Assembly (NCBI GenBank): GCA_020630175.1
Contig: JAHDBW010000007.1
Span: 1-39,896, forward strand
DNA length: 39,896 nt
Reading direction: 5' to 3'
Origin: Anaerolineales bacterium
Lineage (GTDB): Bacteria > Chloroflexota > Anaerolineae > Anaerolineales > UBA6668
Part shown: in pieces, positions 27,715 through 37,450 of the stretch
Numbering within the stretch: the first letter of the stretch is position 1
How the letters are laid out: each line of letters opens with the position of its first letter
Made by a program: the position numbers and the translations under genes
The notes under the pieces: generated by a model
The model's input: only the letters and a program-made list of their open reading frames with translations
Told to the model about the DNA's origin: nothing
The model's database searches: none

Positions 27715-28902
27715 TTAGTGAACACGAATGCGTGGATCGAGGAACGCATAGCCAATATCAACAATAAGGTGGGCGACCAATGTCATCACACCGATGACGG
27801 TCAGCGCCCCCATTGCAACTGGAAAATCGCTGTTAGAAACCGAGTCAACCAAAATCTCGCCAATCCCCGGCCAAGAGAACACCGTTTCGGTAATAATCCC
27901 CCCAGAAATCGTAGAGCTTAGACTAAAGACGAGCGCTGTCCATACTGGCAGAATTGCGTTCCGTGCCGCATGGCGGTTGCGAATAATTTTTTCAGGTAAC
28001 CCTTTGGCACGCGCCGTTTCAATATAGTCTTCCCGCAAGGTTTCGAGCATACTCGTCCGCGTGAGCAGCATGTTGCCCCCAAACGAGATCAAGGTGAGCG
28101 TCAGAATAGGCAGGAACAAGTGAATGACAAGATCCCATGCATAGATGCCCACGCCAGAGAAGAAAATCCACCAGACCAAGCTCAGTGCAAACGGTACCGT
28201 CATGCTTGCAACGCGCAAGAACTCGCGGCGGTTACGTGGTACATAGCGAGAGAGGAAGAAGGCCAGCAGCACAATAACAACGAGGATAATGAAGTTGAGG
28301 TTCATCCAGTTGAAGACCGTGTTGGTGTCGTATGGCGCTTTACGCCACAAAGACGTACTGCTGAACTTACTCACTGGTAAGTCAAAATCGATGCCAAAGG
28401 TGTTGCGAACCCATTTATCTAGTTTTGTTGCAAAGCCCCAAAGCAAGATGTAACCCAGCAGCGGGGTGAAAATTGTGTAGAGCGTCACCCCAACAATTGT
28501 GGTGGCATATTCCCAGCGACCGCCACGTTTCCAAGCAAGGAACTTCCCAGCCACGTAGCCAAACCAGAAGGAAAATACCGTCGCGTAAACAAACAGTGCC
28601 AATGTGCGTGGCAAGCGTTGCGCCAGAATTTCACCCACCGGACGTGGATACTGCACCATAGAAACGCCTAAATTACCGGTGTAAAAGTTTGTTAGGTAAT
28701 TCCACATCCGCTCATAAAGCGGGCCATCTAGGCCAAGGTCAGCCGCAATCCGCTGTCGTTCTGCGGCGGTGATGTTTGGGTTACCAACAAACAGGTCTGT
28801 CACGTCGCCAGGCTGCAAGTCGATCAAAATATAGGTTGCTATTTGAAACAGCACCAATGTAATGAGCATCTGAAATACTCGTTTGCCAATGTAGGACCAC
28901 AT
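27715..28902 (-). CDS. oppB: Peptide ABC transporter permease (OppB-like)
   Basis: PGD, LGLDGPL, RLPRTL, EDYIETARAKGL, HAARNAILP, ETVFSWPGIG and LDPRIR. Confidence 0.92.
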   Translation of the reverse strand: MWSYIGKRVFQMLITLVLFQIATYILIDLQPGDVTDLFVGNPNITAAERQRIAADLGLDGPLYERMWNYLTNFYTGNLGVSMVQYPRPVGEILAQRLPRTLALFVYATVFSFWFGYVAGKFLAWKRGGRWEYATTIVGVTLYTIFTPLLGYILLWGFATKLDKWVRNTFGIDFDLPVSKFSSTSLWRKAPYDTNTVFNWMNLNFIILVVIVLLAFFLSRYVPRNRREFLRVASMTVPFALSLVWWIFFSGVGIYAWDLVIHLFLPILTLTLISFGGNMLLTRTSMLETLREDYIETARAKGLPEKIIRNRHAARNAILPVWTALVFSLSSTISGGIITETVFSWPGIGEILVDSVSNSDFPVAMGALTVIGVMTLVAHLIVDIGYAFLDPRIRVH

Positions 28903-28953
28903 AGAGGAGCACCTAGGTTACAAAACAATGCAAAAGCGCATTGTTATAAAAAA

Positions 28954-28992
28954 CACATGTCAACGCACCAAGGCTTGGTGCGTTGACATGTG
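28954..28992 (-). terminator. 18-bp perfect hairpin with U-tract between the binding-protein and permease genes
   Basis: cacatgtcaacgcaccaa-ggc-ttggtgcgttgacatgtg, preceded on the plus strand by aaaaaa. Confidence 0.7.
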
Positions 28993-29010
28993 CCTTCTAC
29001 TTCACGCAAG

Positions 29011-29046
29011 TTACAACGGGCAGCCCGCATGGGCTGCCCGTTGTAA
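29011..29046. repeat. 16-bp perfect palindrome (stabilising or REP-like hairpin)
   Basis: ttacaacgggcagccc-gcat-gggctgcccgttgtaa, 11 nt after the binding-protein stop codon. Confidence 0.75.
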
Positions 29047-29057
29047 ACAAAGCGCGA

Positions 29058-31229
29058 CTATTGGCTCAATGGTGAGGCAGAAGCTTCAAGTGTTGTGAAG
29101 ATTTCTGTCAAACCACCAAGTTGTTCTGTCACAGGCAATTCGATGTTGTTACGGATCAAATCAACTGCGGTGCGGTTGAACAATGGAATGTATGGACGTG
29201 CTTCTGCGAGTTTCACTTGCATTTCGTAAGCGATTTCGCGGGCAACGTTGATATCAGTTTCTGATTTCAAGGTTTCAGCCAAGGCATCGTATTCAGGATC
29301 GTTCAAACCAGGCGTGTTGTAGTTCCCGGTTGTTGCGGTGTCTTGTGAGCTGTGGAAGAAGTCGTACATGTAATCTGGGAAGATCGTTAGACCCCAACCC
29401 AAGATGTAGAGATCAAAGTTAGCTTCGACGAATACTGGATCCAAGATGGTGTTGAAACCGGTCAATTCAGATTCGACTGGGATACCAATTTCACGCATCC
29501 ATTCTGATGTCCATTGGTTGAACGCAGCACGTTGTGGATCGTATGAAGGACCAGGGCCAAGGATGACCAATTCTGGAATTGCGCCTTCAGGACCGGTCAT
29601 GCCGGTACCAGGATCTACGTCTTGGCGATCTTCGTTCCAGGCTGGTTCTGAGTCCCAGCTATAGCCAGCAGCGGTTAGAAGTTCAACAGCTTTGTTGACA
29701 CGTTCTTCACGGGTCATGCCGATTTGTGGTGCAGGAACGTCTGGGTTGAACCAGAAGCTGTTACCAGCAGGTACAACGCTATAGGTTGGAAGAACTGAGC
29801 CTTGCAAAATGCTTTCTGCAACGAATTCTTTGTCGATCAAGTAATCAACAGCTTCGCGGAAGGCTGGGTCGTTCATTGGGTACTTGCGCATGTTGAATGC
29901 GAGGTAGAACAGACCGTTGTCAGCGTTGGTGTAGGTTTGGATGCCATCACCTTGTTGTGCTTGTTCGCGCAGACCACGAGCAAGTGACAGTGGGTTCAAT
30001 ACGTAGTCAACTTCGCCATCAGCCAATGCCAAGAATGCGGTGTTTTGGTCACCGTATAGTGACATTTCCATGTCTGGAGCAAATGGACCGGTTTCAATAA
30101 CGGTGGTAACTTCACCGCTACCATCACCGTAGTATTGGCCGCTCATGCTGCTTTCGTAGGTACCATCATCGTAGTAAGTGATGGTTTCGCCAGAGTTGAA
30201 GTAAGTTTCGTTAGCAACCTTCAAGACTGCTGCGCCTTCTTCCCAAGCGTCGATGTTCATTGCACCTGCGCCAGGAGCGCCAGCGCCGTCTACAGCGTAA
30301 AGGGTGTTACGTGCTTCTTCGAATGCAGCTGATGCTTCTTCATATGCAGCAACTTCTTCTTCTGATGCGTCTTCACCTGGTTCTTCTGGCAATTCAACGC
30401 CATCAATCAAAGCCATTGCTTCAGCAACTGAGTCTGCCCAGTGGTGTTCTGGGAAGATTGGTGCAACAGATGCACCGTATTGCCATTCAGCTAGCCCTGG
30501 AGGAGCGGTGAAGAAATACTTGACGGTGTAGTCATCTACAACTTCAACACGATCCAAAACCGTTGCCGCAGCAATGCTTGGCCAGTTACCGGTTAGGCTT
30601 AGTTCAAGAGCAGTGTTCAGGGTGAAAGCAACGTCATTTGCGTCGATTGCTTCGCCGTCTGCCCAGGTAGCACCTTCAACTAGAGCGATGGTGTGGGTGA
30701 AGAATTCACCTTCTTCTACTGGTGCATCGGTTAGGCCAGCAGCCATGCTTGGTACCCAGTCAAAGCGTTGTGGGCTTAGGCTGTACATGGTTGGGTATGT
30801 CCCTGAAAGTACGTAGCTCGTCCAAATGGTGTTGTCTGGACCGAAGTAGCTCCAACCATTCAACGTTACTGGATCTTCAAAGATACCAACGCGGAATGTG
30901 TCACAGCATTCGCCACCAGCTTCTGCCATAGCAGCAGCTTCAGCAGCAGCGGCAGCATCAGCAGCGGCAGCAGCTTCAGCGGCGGCAGCAGCTTCTACAG
31001 CAGCAGCAGCTTCAGCTTGTGCAGCTTCAGCAGCAGCAAGTGCGTCTGCACCTTCTGATTTTGCAGCTTCGAGTTCTGCTTGCGCAGCCTCAAGAGCAGC
31101 TTGTGCTTCTTCAGCAGCGGCCTTTGCGGCAATTTCTGCTTCAGATGGACCGCTTGAACCACAAGCAGCCACTGCAAATGCCAGCACAGCTAGCATAAGC
31201 ATTGTTAAAAGTTTCTTGTTCTTAAACAT
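29058..31229 (-). CDS. oppA: Family-5 ABC substrate-binding lipoprotein with Ala/Glu-rich N-terminal linker
   Basis: Strong SD GGAGGAG, lipobox AVAAC, WADGEAIDANDVAFT, YLAFNM...P..DPAFREAV.YLIDK and YIPLF. Confidence 0.88.
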   Translation of the reverse strand: MFKNKKLLTMLMLAVLAFAVAACGSSGPSEAEIAAKAAAEEAQAALEAAQAELEAAKSEGADALAAAEAAQAEAAAAVEAAAAAEAAAAADAAAAAEAAAMAEAGGECCDTFRVGIFEDPVTLNGWSYFGPDNTIWTSYVLSGTYPTMYSLSPQRFDWVPSMAAGLTDAPVEEGEFFTHTIALVEGATWADGEAIDANDVAFTLNTALELSLTGNWPSIAAATVLDRVEVVDDYTVKYFFTAPPGLAEWQYGASVAPIFPEHHWADSVAEAMALIDGVELPEEPGEDASEEEVAAYEEASAAFEEARNTLYAVDGAGAPGAGAMNIDAWEEGAAVLKVANETYFNSGETITYYDDGTYESSMSGQYYGDGSGEVTTVIETGPFAPDMEMSLYGDQNTAFLALADGEVDYVLNPLSLARGLREQAQQGDGIQTYTNADNGLFYLAFNMRKYPMNDPAFREAVDYLIDKEFVAESILQGSVLPTYSVVPAGNSFWFNPDVPAPQIGMTREERVNKAVELLTAAGYSWDSEPAWNEDRQDVDPGTGMTGPEGAIPELVILGPGPSYDPQRAAFNQWTSEWMREIGIPVESELTGFNTILDPVFVEANFDLYILGWGLTIFPDYMYDFFHSSQDTATTGNYNTPGLNDPEYDALAETLKSETDINVAREIAYEMQVKLAEARPYIPLFNRTAVDLIRNNIELPVTEQLGGLTEIFTTLEASASPLSQ

Positions 31230-31342
31230 TTAGATCTCCTCCAAAATGGATTTAGATGAAAAACACTGTCGCGACAAATTGAATTGACAGTTGTTTACAA
31301 ATTAAGTGGCAACGCTCTTCGTTGCAAATGTACGCTGACCCT

Positions 31343-31384
31343 AAATAAAAAAGACACGCTGCTTAACTTAATAACAGCATGTCT
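31343..31384 (-). terminator. Intrinsic terminator-like hairpin upstream of oppA
   Basis: Minus strand AGACATGCTG-N13-CAGCGTGTCT-TTTTTATTT, containing a strand-specific G-U pair. Confidence 0.6.
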
Positions 31385-31677
31385 AATTCACTCACAAGGC
31401 GCGATGTTATAAACACCGGCTTGGGCGTAATAAAATTTAGTTGTTTGTCCTGTTCCTGAGTATATCAGCATACAATTTTTGATTAGTCGATAGCATTACA
31501 ATGACCGAAATCTCCGCGTGGCTTAGCAAAAGACAATCATTACCAACCGGTCACACTACAATGCATATTCTAATGGTTAGTAAATATACCCTAATTTGTG
31601 ACTTTTCCCAAGCCCCCTATATGACCCACAGTCACCAAAATATTAGTAAGTTGGCACTAAATGCCAAAATCAGCGCC

Positions 31678-33663
31678 TTATGGCGCAATATCCCAGACTT
31701 CAATATTCCAAACTGGTGAAGGATGTGTGGCATCAAGCGTGTAGTTCAATACGTCACTCCCGGTGATTGCCAAGCGCTGTCGAAAGAACAGTGGCAGTGA
31801 GGGTAGGTCAGCAGTGAATTGCGCCTGTTGCGCGCTGAGCGCAGCACCGCGTTCTGTGGCAGTCAGCGCCACATCAGCAGCAGCGCAGGCAGCATCGAAT
31901 GTTTCGTTGCTATAGCCAGACGCATTTGAGCCACGGATGTAATCTGAATCGGCAATTTCTGCGGTGGTGTAGAGCGAGCAGCGCGGGTCGCTTGGCAACA
32001 ACCAGCCATAGTGGCCTAAATCATACTGGCGACCAAAAATAATTGAATCTGGCCAGTCAGAGTACATCTTTACAGCAGAATTGTTTTGCACTTCAGCAAA
32101 TACACCACACTCGGCCAAATCTTCAATCACAAGGTTTGCGATTGTTTCGCGTAATTGGCCAGTGTAGCTGGCTGGATAATTGACGTTATAACGCAATGAA
32201 AGCAGCGCCCCGTTCCGGAAGCGAATCCCATTATTATTGACACCATCCCAACCAATTTCATCTAACAAGCGATTGCCGATTGCAGGGGAATAGCGATAGG
32301 TTGTAAGCGCATCTTCGGCATAGTCTGGGTGCGTGCTAGGCATAAAGACATTAGCAACTTCACCCTGACCCCATTGCACCGCATCAACCAGTGATTGGCG
32401 GTCAATACAGTGGGCTAGCGCCTGCCGAAGTTCTGGCTCGGTAAACACATCACGACCCGCAACACTGCGGTAGTAAAGCCCGGGCAGTGCCCCAAAGTCA
32501 ATCGCTTCGTATAGAGGTCCGGTTACAAATTGCAAGGAGAGCGCGCCCGCATCTGCGGCTGGCGCAATGATCTCCATTTGGCTTTCCCAGGCATTCCAAG
32601 CGTCACGCACTGCAACATCACAGGTGCCAGAAATCACACGCCGTGCCGCTTGCGTTTCATCGGCAACAAATTCAACCCGCACTTCTGTCAAATGCGGTAA
32701 GCCCTCAGCCTGTCGATGATAAAAGGGATTTGGCGTAAAACGAATATAGTCGCCCGGCTGCCATTCAGCCACTTGAAAAGCGCCCCAACCCAACGGTGCT
32801 AAATTCACGGCCGAGTCGTTACGCAATTCTTCGGGTGTCAGGTCGGCATAGAGATGGGTTGGCAACGGCTCAAAAAACACGCGTTGATAGTCTTTATTGA
32901 AAAAGCCTGCTGCACCACGCCACTGCGTTGTTAGCGTATCTAGCGCCGTGTAGCTATCTGTGCGATTGGCAATGAACCGATCAAGATGCGGGCTAGTTTC
33001 TTCGTTTAGGATTTCAAATCCTAAAATCGAATCTTGCGCAGTCAGCGGTGTGCCATCGGACCACATTACCTCTGGCAGCAAACTAAATTCAGCCACTAGC
33101 TGAACGGTCTCTACAATTTCGCCTTCTAGTGCTTCGGCAATTTCAAGATCTGGCGTCCAGTACTTCACGCCACCTTCTAAAAAGACCAATGCATTATCGG
33201 CTGTCACTATCGGCTGGCCGGGCAACACACGGACGGTCTCTAAACGCGCTTTGCCGTTTTCAAAGGTCGGCAGCGTTTCTAGAATAACCGGCTGCAGCCC
33301 AAATTCACGCGTTTCATAAGGACCATCGCGCAGCAGTTCTTGTAAATGCCCCCACCCTTGGCCCGCTGCAGAGTAAATGTACAGCGATTCAGGTTCAGTT
33401 TGAACACAAAGCGTCAACGGTTTTGGCACTGGCGTTGCAGTCGGTGCAGGCGTGTTTGTTGGTGGCACTTCCGTTGGAATTGCGGTTTCTGTCGGTGGCA
33501 CTTGCGTTGTTATCGTCTCTAGCTCTTGGGTTGCAACAATGGCAACTTCAGTTGGCGGTTCAACAGGAGCAGGCGTACAAGCACTAGCAAGTGCTGCAGC
33601 AAAGCTACAGACAAGCAGCAGCGCTGCAGTTTTTACAGGGGTCAGCTGGTTAAGATTAATCAT
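31678..33663 (-). CDS. Second family-5 peptide ABC substrate-binding lipoprotein
   Basis: Lipobox LASAC, P/T linker, WSDGTPLTAQDS, LGWGAF.V.EW.PG, LRQALAHCIDRQ and DLPSLPLFFR. Confidence 0.85.
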   Translation of the reverse strand: MINLNQLTPVKTAALLLVCSFAAALASACTPAPVEPPTEVAIVATQELETITTQVPPTETAIPTEVPPTNTPAPTATPVPKPLTLCVQTEPESLYIYSAAGQGWGHLQELLRDGPYETREFGLQPVILETLPTFENGKARLETVRVLPGQPIVTADNALVFLEGGVKYWTPDLEIAEALEGEIVETVQLVAEFSLLPEVMWSDGTPLTAQDSILGFEILNEETSPHLDRFIANRTDSYTALDTLTTQWRGAAGFFNKDYQRVFFEPLPTHLYADLTPEELRNDSAVNLAPLGWGAFQVAEWQPGDYIRFTPNPFYHRQAEGLPHLTEVRVEFVADETQAARRVISGTCDVAVRDAWNAWESQMEIIAPAADAGALSLQFVTGPLYEAIDFGALPGLYYRSVAGRDVFTEPELRQALAHCIDRQSLVDAVQWGQGEVANVFMPSTHPDYAEDALTTYRYSPAIGNRLLDEIGWDGVNNNGIRFRNGALLSLRYNVNYPASYTGQLRETIANLVIEDLAECGVFAEVQNNSAVKMYSDWPDSIIFGRQYDLGHYGWLLPSDPRCSLYTTAEIADSDYIRGSNASGYSNETFDAACAAADVALTATERGAALSAQQAQFTADLPSLPLFFRQRLAITGSDVLNYTLDATHPSPVWNIEVWDIAP

Positions 33664-33731
33664 CGGGAACAAATTTTATCATTCACGATGCTGCAATTCT
33701 TGTAGGATTTATGCGTAGCAGATGTGTAAAT

Positions 33732-33764
33732 AAAAAAGCCAACGCGTGCTGCGTTGGCTTTTTT
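33732..33764 (-). terminator. Rho-independent terminator after htrA
   Basis: aaaaaagccaacgc-gtgct-gcgttggctttttt. Confidence 0.85.
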
Positions 33765-33785
33765 CAGTTGAACGCTAAGTTCAGA

Positions 33786-35168
33786 CTACGGTCGCGCCCC
33801 AAGTGTTACTGGAATATCGATTTCTGTGCCGCCGCGCAACACGCGCAATGTTACTGTTTGCCCTACATCGGCGTTATTGACGAGATAGCTAATCAACTCA
33901 GAAAAGTCCTTAACCGGGTTACCGTCAATGGCAATAATGAAATCCCCACCCCGACCGAGACCCTGAATCCCACTAGGCTCTGAGCCAGCAATGATCCCAG
34001 CAGCCGCAGACGGGCTATTTGGCACCACATTGACCACATACACCCCACTTCGATTGGGCAAGCCTAACGCATCCATTTCCGGCAATGTCAGATCGCTGGA
34101 GCTTTGACTGCTAATTCCTAAGTAAGAGTAGGTGAACTGTCCATTGGCAATCAGACTGGGCACAATCCGACGCACTGTGTTGGCCGAGATTGTAAATCCG
34201 ACGCCAGAATTCACGCCGGTTTCACTCACAATCGCTTTGTTTACGCCCAGCACTTCGCCGTTTAGGTTGATCAGCGGTCCGCCAGAATTACCGGGGTTGA
34301 TGGCAGCATCCGTCTGGATAATGTCTGGCGCAGAAAAGCGCCCGCCTTCAGGCGAAACCCGTCCAGACAGCGTGCGGCCTAGCCCACTCACAATTCCCGT
34401 AGTCATTGTGCCAGCCAGCCCAAAAGGATTACCAATCGCGACCACGCGTTGCCCCACTTGGATTTGATCTGAATTTGCAAGCGGCAAAGGTTGCGTGCCA
34501 GCGGGATACGTATCCACTTGAATAACGGCCAGATCGGCTGTTTCGTCTGCCCCTAGAAAACGCGCCGGTTGCTTGGTGCCATCAGAAAAGGTCACTTCGA
34601 TGTAATCTGCGCCCGCCACAACGTGATTATTAGTCACGATACGGCCTTCTGCGTCATACAACCAACCTGTGCCTTGTCCCTCACCCTGCGTTGCCGCAAA
34701 GACATAAATTGACACAACCGACGGGTTCAACCGATTGTAAAGATCAACAAAAACTGAGCCCTGCAATGGATCGGCCTGCAACGGTTGCGCTGTCGGAAGC
34801 GGGCTTTCGGTTGGTGGCGCGTCGCTCACCACTTCCGATTCAATTTCAGCGTCTACCACTGTGGCTGCAATGGTAATTGGCTCTGGGTTATTGTTGCTAT
34901 CCGTCACAACGGTTGCAACGGCCTCATCATTCAGCGGCACGGCAACTGGTTCTGTAATGATGACTTCTGGCTCTGGTAATAGCGCTGTTGGCAATATTGG
35001 CGCAGATTCAGCTGCTTCAAACGCTTCATTCTGGGCTCGCACCGTTCCGGCAACACGCGTTTCAATGCTAGCAACTTGTGTCGCAACCGCGCCACAGGCT
35101 AAAGACGCCAAGGCGAACACAATAATCGTAAAAGTTGGAATAGTTTTTTTTCGTGAAGGTAGTTTCAT
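33786..35168 (-). CDS. htrA: HtrA/DegP-family serine protease with one PDZ domain
   Basis: TNNHVV (His), DLAVI (Asp), QTDAAINPGNSGGPL (Ser), C-terminal PDZ and lipobox-like SLAC. Start placed at the ATG at 35168. Confidence 0.92.
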   Translation of the reverse strand: MKLPSRKKTIPTFTIIVFALASLACGAVATQVASIETRVAGTVRAQNEAFEAAESAPILPTALLPEPEVIITEPVAVPLNDEAVATVVTDSNNNPEPITIAATVVDAEIESEVVSDAPPTESPLPTAQPLQADPLQGSVFVDLYNRLNPSVVSIYVFAATQGEGQGTGWLYDAEGRIVTNNHVVAGADYIEVTFSDGTKQPARFLGADETADLAVIQVDTYPAGTQPLPLANSDQIQVGQRVVAIGNPFGLAGTMTTGIVSGLGRTLSGRVSPEGGRFSAPDIIQTDAAINPGNSGGPLINLNGEVLGVNKAIVSETGVNSGVGFTISANTVRRIVPSLIANGQFTYSYLGISSQSSSDLTLPEMDALGLPNRSGVYVVNVVPNSPSAAAGIIAGSEPSGIQGLGRGGDFIIAIDGNPVKDFSELISYLVNNADVGQTVTLRVLRGGTEIDIPVTLGARP

Positions 35169-35283
35169 AAGTAAAAGATGTAAGCAGTTACAAGCAAACA
35201 AAATATTTAGCTTGGTGCGCTGCTATTGAAACCTTAACAACCCAAAGTAAGCTTGTAATGAGTGCAGGCTATGAACGCTATGA

Positions 35284-35318
35284 AAACAAACACCCCCGTT
35301 CAACAAGCAACGGGGGTG
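35284..35318 (-). terminator. Rho-independent terminator after the DnaJ-like gene
   Basis: cacccccgtt-caacaagc-aacgggggtg, followed on the minus strand by TTTGTTTT. Confidence 0.8.
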
Positions 35319-35352
35319 CAAATAGCAAACAAATATCAACCGTTAGGCAGTG

Positions 35353-36297
35353 TTAGTCGCGTAACTCAGCCAACTGAGCAATTAGCGTTTTCTCTGCTTC
35401 AGTGAGATTGGCGGGCAGTTTGACGTTGAGCGTCGCATACAGATCACCAATTTCATCCTTCGTGCGCATTTTAGGCAGCCCCTTACCGCGCAACCGCATC
35501 TTACGGCCGTTCTGGCTTTCGGCAGGCACGCGCAATGTCACATCGCCGTTTAGCGTTGGCACGGTAATTTCACCACCCAGCAAGGCTGTGTACAAATTTA
35601 CGGGCACCTCAACATACAAATTTGCGTCTTTGCGCGTAAATGTGGCGTGCGGTTTTACTTTAACTTTCAGGAATAAATCGCCAGCCTGTGCATTGATGCC
35701 CGGTTGCCCTTCACCTTTCACGCGCACTTTTGTGCCCGTTTTTGCGCCTTTGGGGATTTTGATCGAGATTGTCCGGTCGCCTTTTTGTAAGCGGCGGACG
35801 CTGCCATTGGCAACTTCTTCAAGGGTTATTTCTACATCTTGCGTGATGTCTTGGCCTTTTTGCTGCCGAACTTGCTGTGCCCCGCCGGGTTGGCCTGCGC
35901 CGCCCATGCCATTGAAAAACTGGTCAAAGAAAGATGAGTAACCAGACGCTGAGCCGCCAGCCCCGCCAAACAAGTCACTTAGATCACCAAAATCAAATTG
36001 CGCGCCACCAGCCCCTGGGTGCCCGCCAAATCCGCCGAAAGGGCCACCAGCCCCGCCACCAGACTGTTGATAGCGATGCCAATTAGAGCCGAGCATGTCG
36101 TACTTTTGGCGCTTTTCAGCGTCACTTAGCACTTCATAAGCTTCATTTACTTCTTTGAATTTGTCTTCTGAAACAGGGTCATCAGGATTTAAATCAGGAT
36201 GATATTGGCGCGCCAATTTGCGGAAAGCCGTCTTAATGTCTTTATCTGAGGCCTTTTTACTGACACCCAGTACTTCGTAGTAGTCCTTATAATCCAT
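35353..36297 (-). CDS. Class B J-domain protein (CbpA/DnaJ-like, no zinc finger)
   Basis: [15 protein letters not shown] motif, G/F-rich linker and DnaJ_C domain. No CxxCxGxG repeats. Confidence 0.92.
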   Translation of the reverse strand: MDYKDYYEVLGVSKKASDKDIKTAFRKLARQYHPDLNPDDPVSEDKFKEVNEAYEVLSDAEKRQKYDMLGSNWHRYQQSGGGAGGPFGGFGGHPGAGGAQFDFGDLSDLFGGAGGSASGYSSFFDQFFNGMGGAGQPGGAQQVRQQKGQDITQDVEITLEEVANGSVRRLQKGDRTISIKIPKGAKTGTKVRVKGEGQPGINAQAGDLFLKVKVKPHATFTRKDANLYVEVPVNLYTALLGGEITVPTLNGDVTLRVPAESQNGRKMRLRGKGLPKMRTKDEIGDLYATLNVKLPANLTEAEKTLIAQLAELRD

Positions 36298-36478
36298 AAA
36301 ATTACAATCAATTTGGTGGCTTGTGCAAAACAAGCAAGCGTAGACCGTTGCCAATCCAATACTTATTACGGTCAGGCGATTAGTGCGTCGTATGTTAAAT
36401 AGAACAGCAATTTACGACTGTTTCTATCATAACTGAAGACTATAAAAGAAATGTAAGCGCTCTTTGGGGAAAAGTAAT

Positions 36479-37447
36479 TTATAACCAGAGCCGCATCCAA
36501 GTGAGCGTTCTGGTGGGTTCAAAACGATATTGATACAGCACATCAACGCCTTGCCCCTTTGGATATTCTAAACGAATAGGCCAAGACCGTGAGCCAATGC
36601 GGCGTAAACCACGCACCACAAGCCGCGGCAGCATATAGTCTTCATGTTCTGGGGTAGCCACAATCCGAATATGCGTCATGGCTCCCGCAGAGAATTTCAA
36701 CCGCATCCAGCCATCTAGCTGCGCGCTTGAGCCAACACCCCAACGTTCGTCTAGTTTGCCACCCAACACTGCCGCAATTGACTTGCGCCAATTGGGCTTG
36801 AACTGAGATTTAGAAAGTGGATACATCCAATTGGCACCGTGCTTACGCTGTGCTTGAATTAGCGCATGCTCGGCTTGCCAATCTTCATTCCGCAACAGGC
36901 GAACGCCAGACTTTTTTGGAAAGCGCCACTCTGGAATTGCATAGCTACGCCTTTCCCACGTTGTAAACGTGCCGAGTTCTTTAAAGCCAAGCTCTTTATA
37001 CAGTGCAATTGCACCTTGGTTGTAATCATCAACTTGCAGCGTGATCACACGCCCTTCATGCTTGCGGACGGTTTGAATAGCAGCCAACATCAGTTCGCGC
37101 GCAATACCACGCCGTCGGAACTCTGGATGCACCGCAACGTTGGCAATGAGCCAGGCTTTGCTACGCCCGCCAGCGGGTTGGACGCCCACATTCCCAATGA
37201 GGCGGCCATTTTCTATACAAACATAGCCTTGTTGCCAATTGAGCGCCTCGCCAAACAAATGCATCAGCCACAACACAGGACCGCTCCTGCTTAGCAAGCG
37301 CATTTCTTCTAAGTAACGGCGGCCGGCACTATCTAAGGTATCTGCAAAGCACAGTTCAATGAGGTTCGCGAGATGATGCAAGTCCCGGTGCATATTGACC
37401 GGCCGGATCACGCTTTCTGTTGCGCGCGGGGCAGTGATGACTGTCAT
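36479..37447 (-). CDS. GNAT acetyltransferase (probable tandem GNAT)
   Basis: IANVAVHPEFRRRGIAREL, LQV...N..AIALYKELGF, and a degenerate second half ending in YRFEPTRTLTWM. Confidence 0.85.
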   Translation of the reverse strand: MTVITAPRATESVIRPVNMHRDLHHLANLIELCFADTLDSAGRRYLEEMRLLSRSGPVLWLMHLFGEALNWQQGYVCIENGRLIGNVGVQPAGGRSKAWLIANVAVHPEFRRRGIARELMLAAIQTVRKHEGRVITLQVDDYNQGAIALYKELGFKELGTFTTWERRSYAIPEWRFPKKSGVRLLRNEDWQAEHALIQAQRKHGANWMYPLSKSQFKPNWRKSIAAVLGGKLDERWGVGSSAQLDGWMRLKFSAGAMTHIRIVATPEHEDYMLPRLVVRGLRRIGSRSWPIRLEYPKGQGVDVLYQYRFEPTRTLTWMRLWL

Positions 37448-37450
37448 GAC

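Noticed and set aside
31501-31719. 72-aa plus-strand ORF between the two SBP genes
   Set aside because: No SD or motif, and it overlaps the 3' end of the second SBP gene antisense.
36298-36478. CIRCE/HrcA operator upstream of the DnaJ-like gene
   Set aside because: No TTAGCACTC-N9-GAGTGCTAA, only a weak ATAGAACAG/CTGTTTCTAT inverted repeat.
56-37294. Numerous plus-strand ORFs of 60-180 aa antisense to the large genes
   Set aside because: They are shadows of well-supported minus-strand CDSs and show no recognisable motifs.
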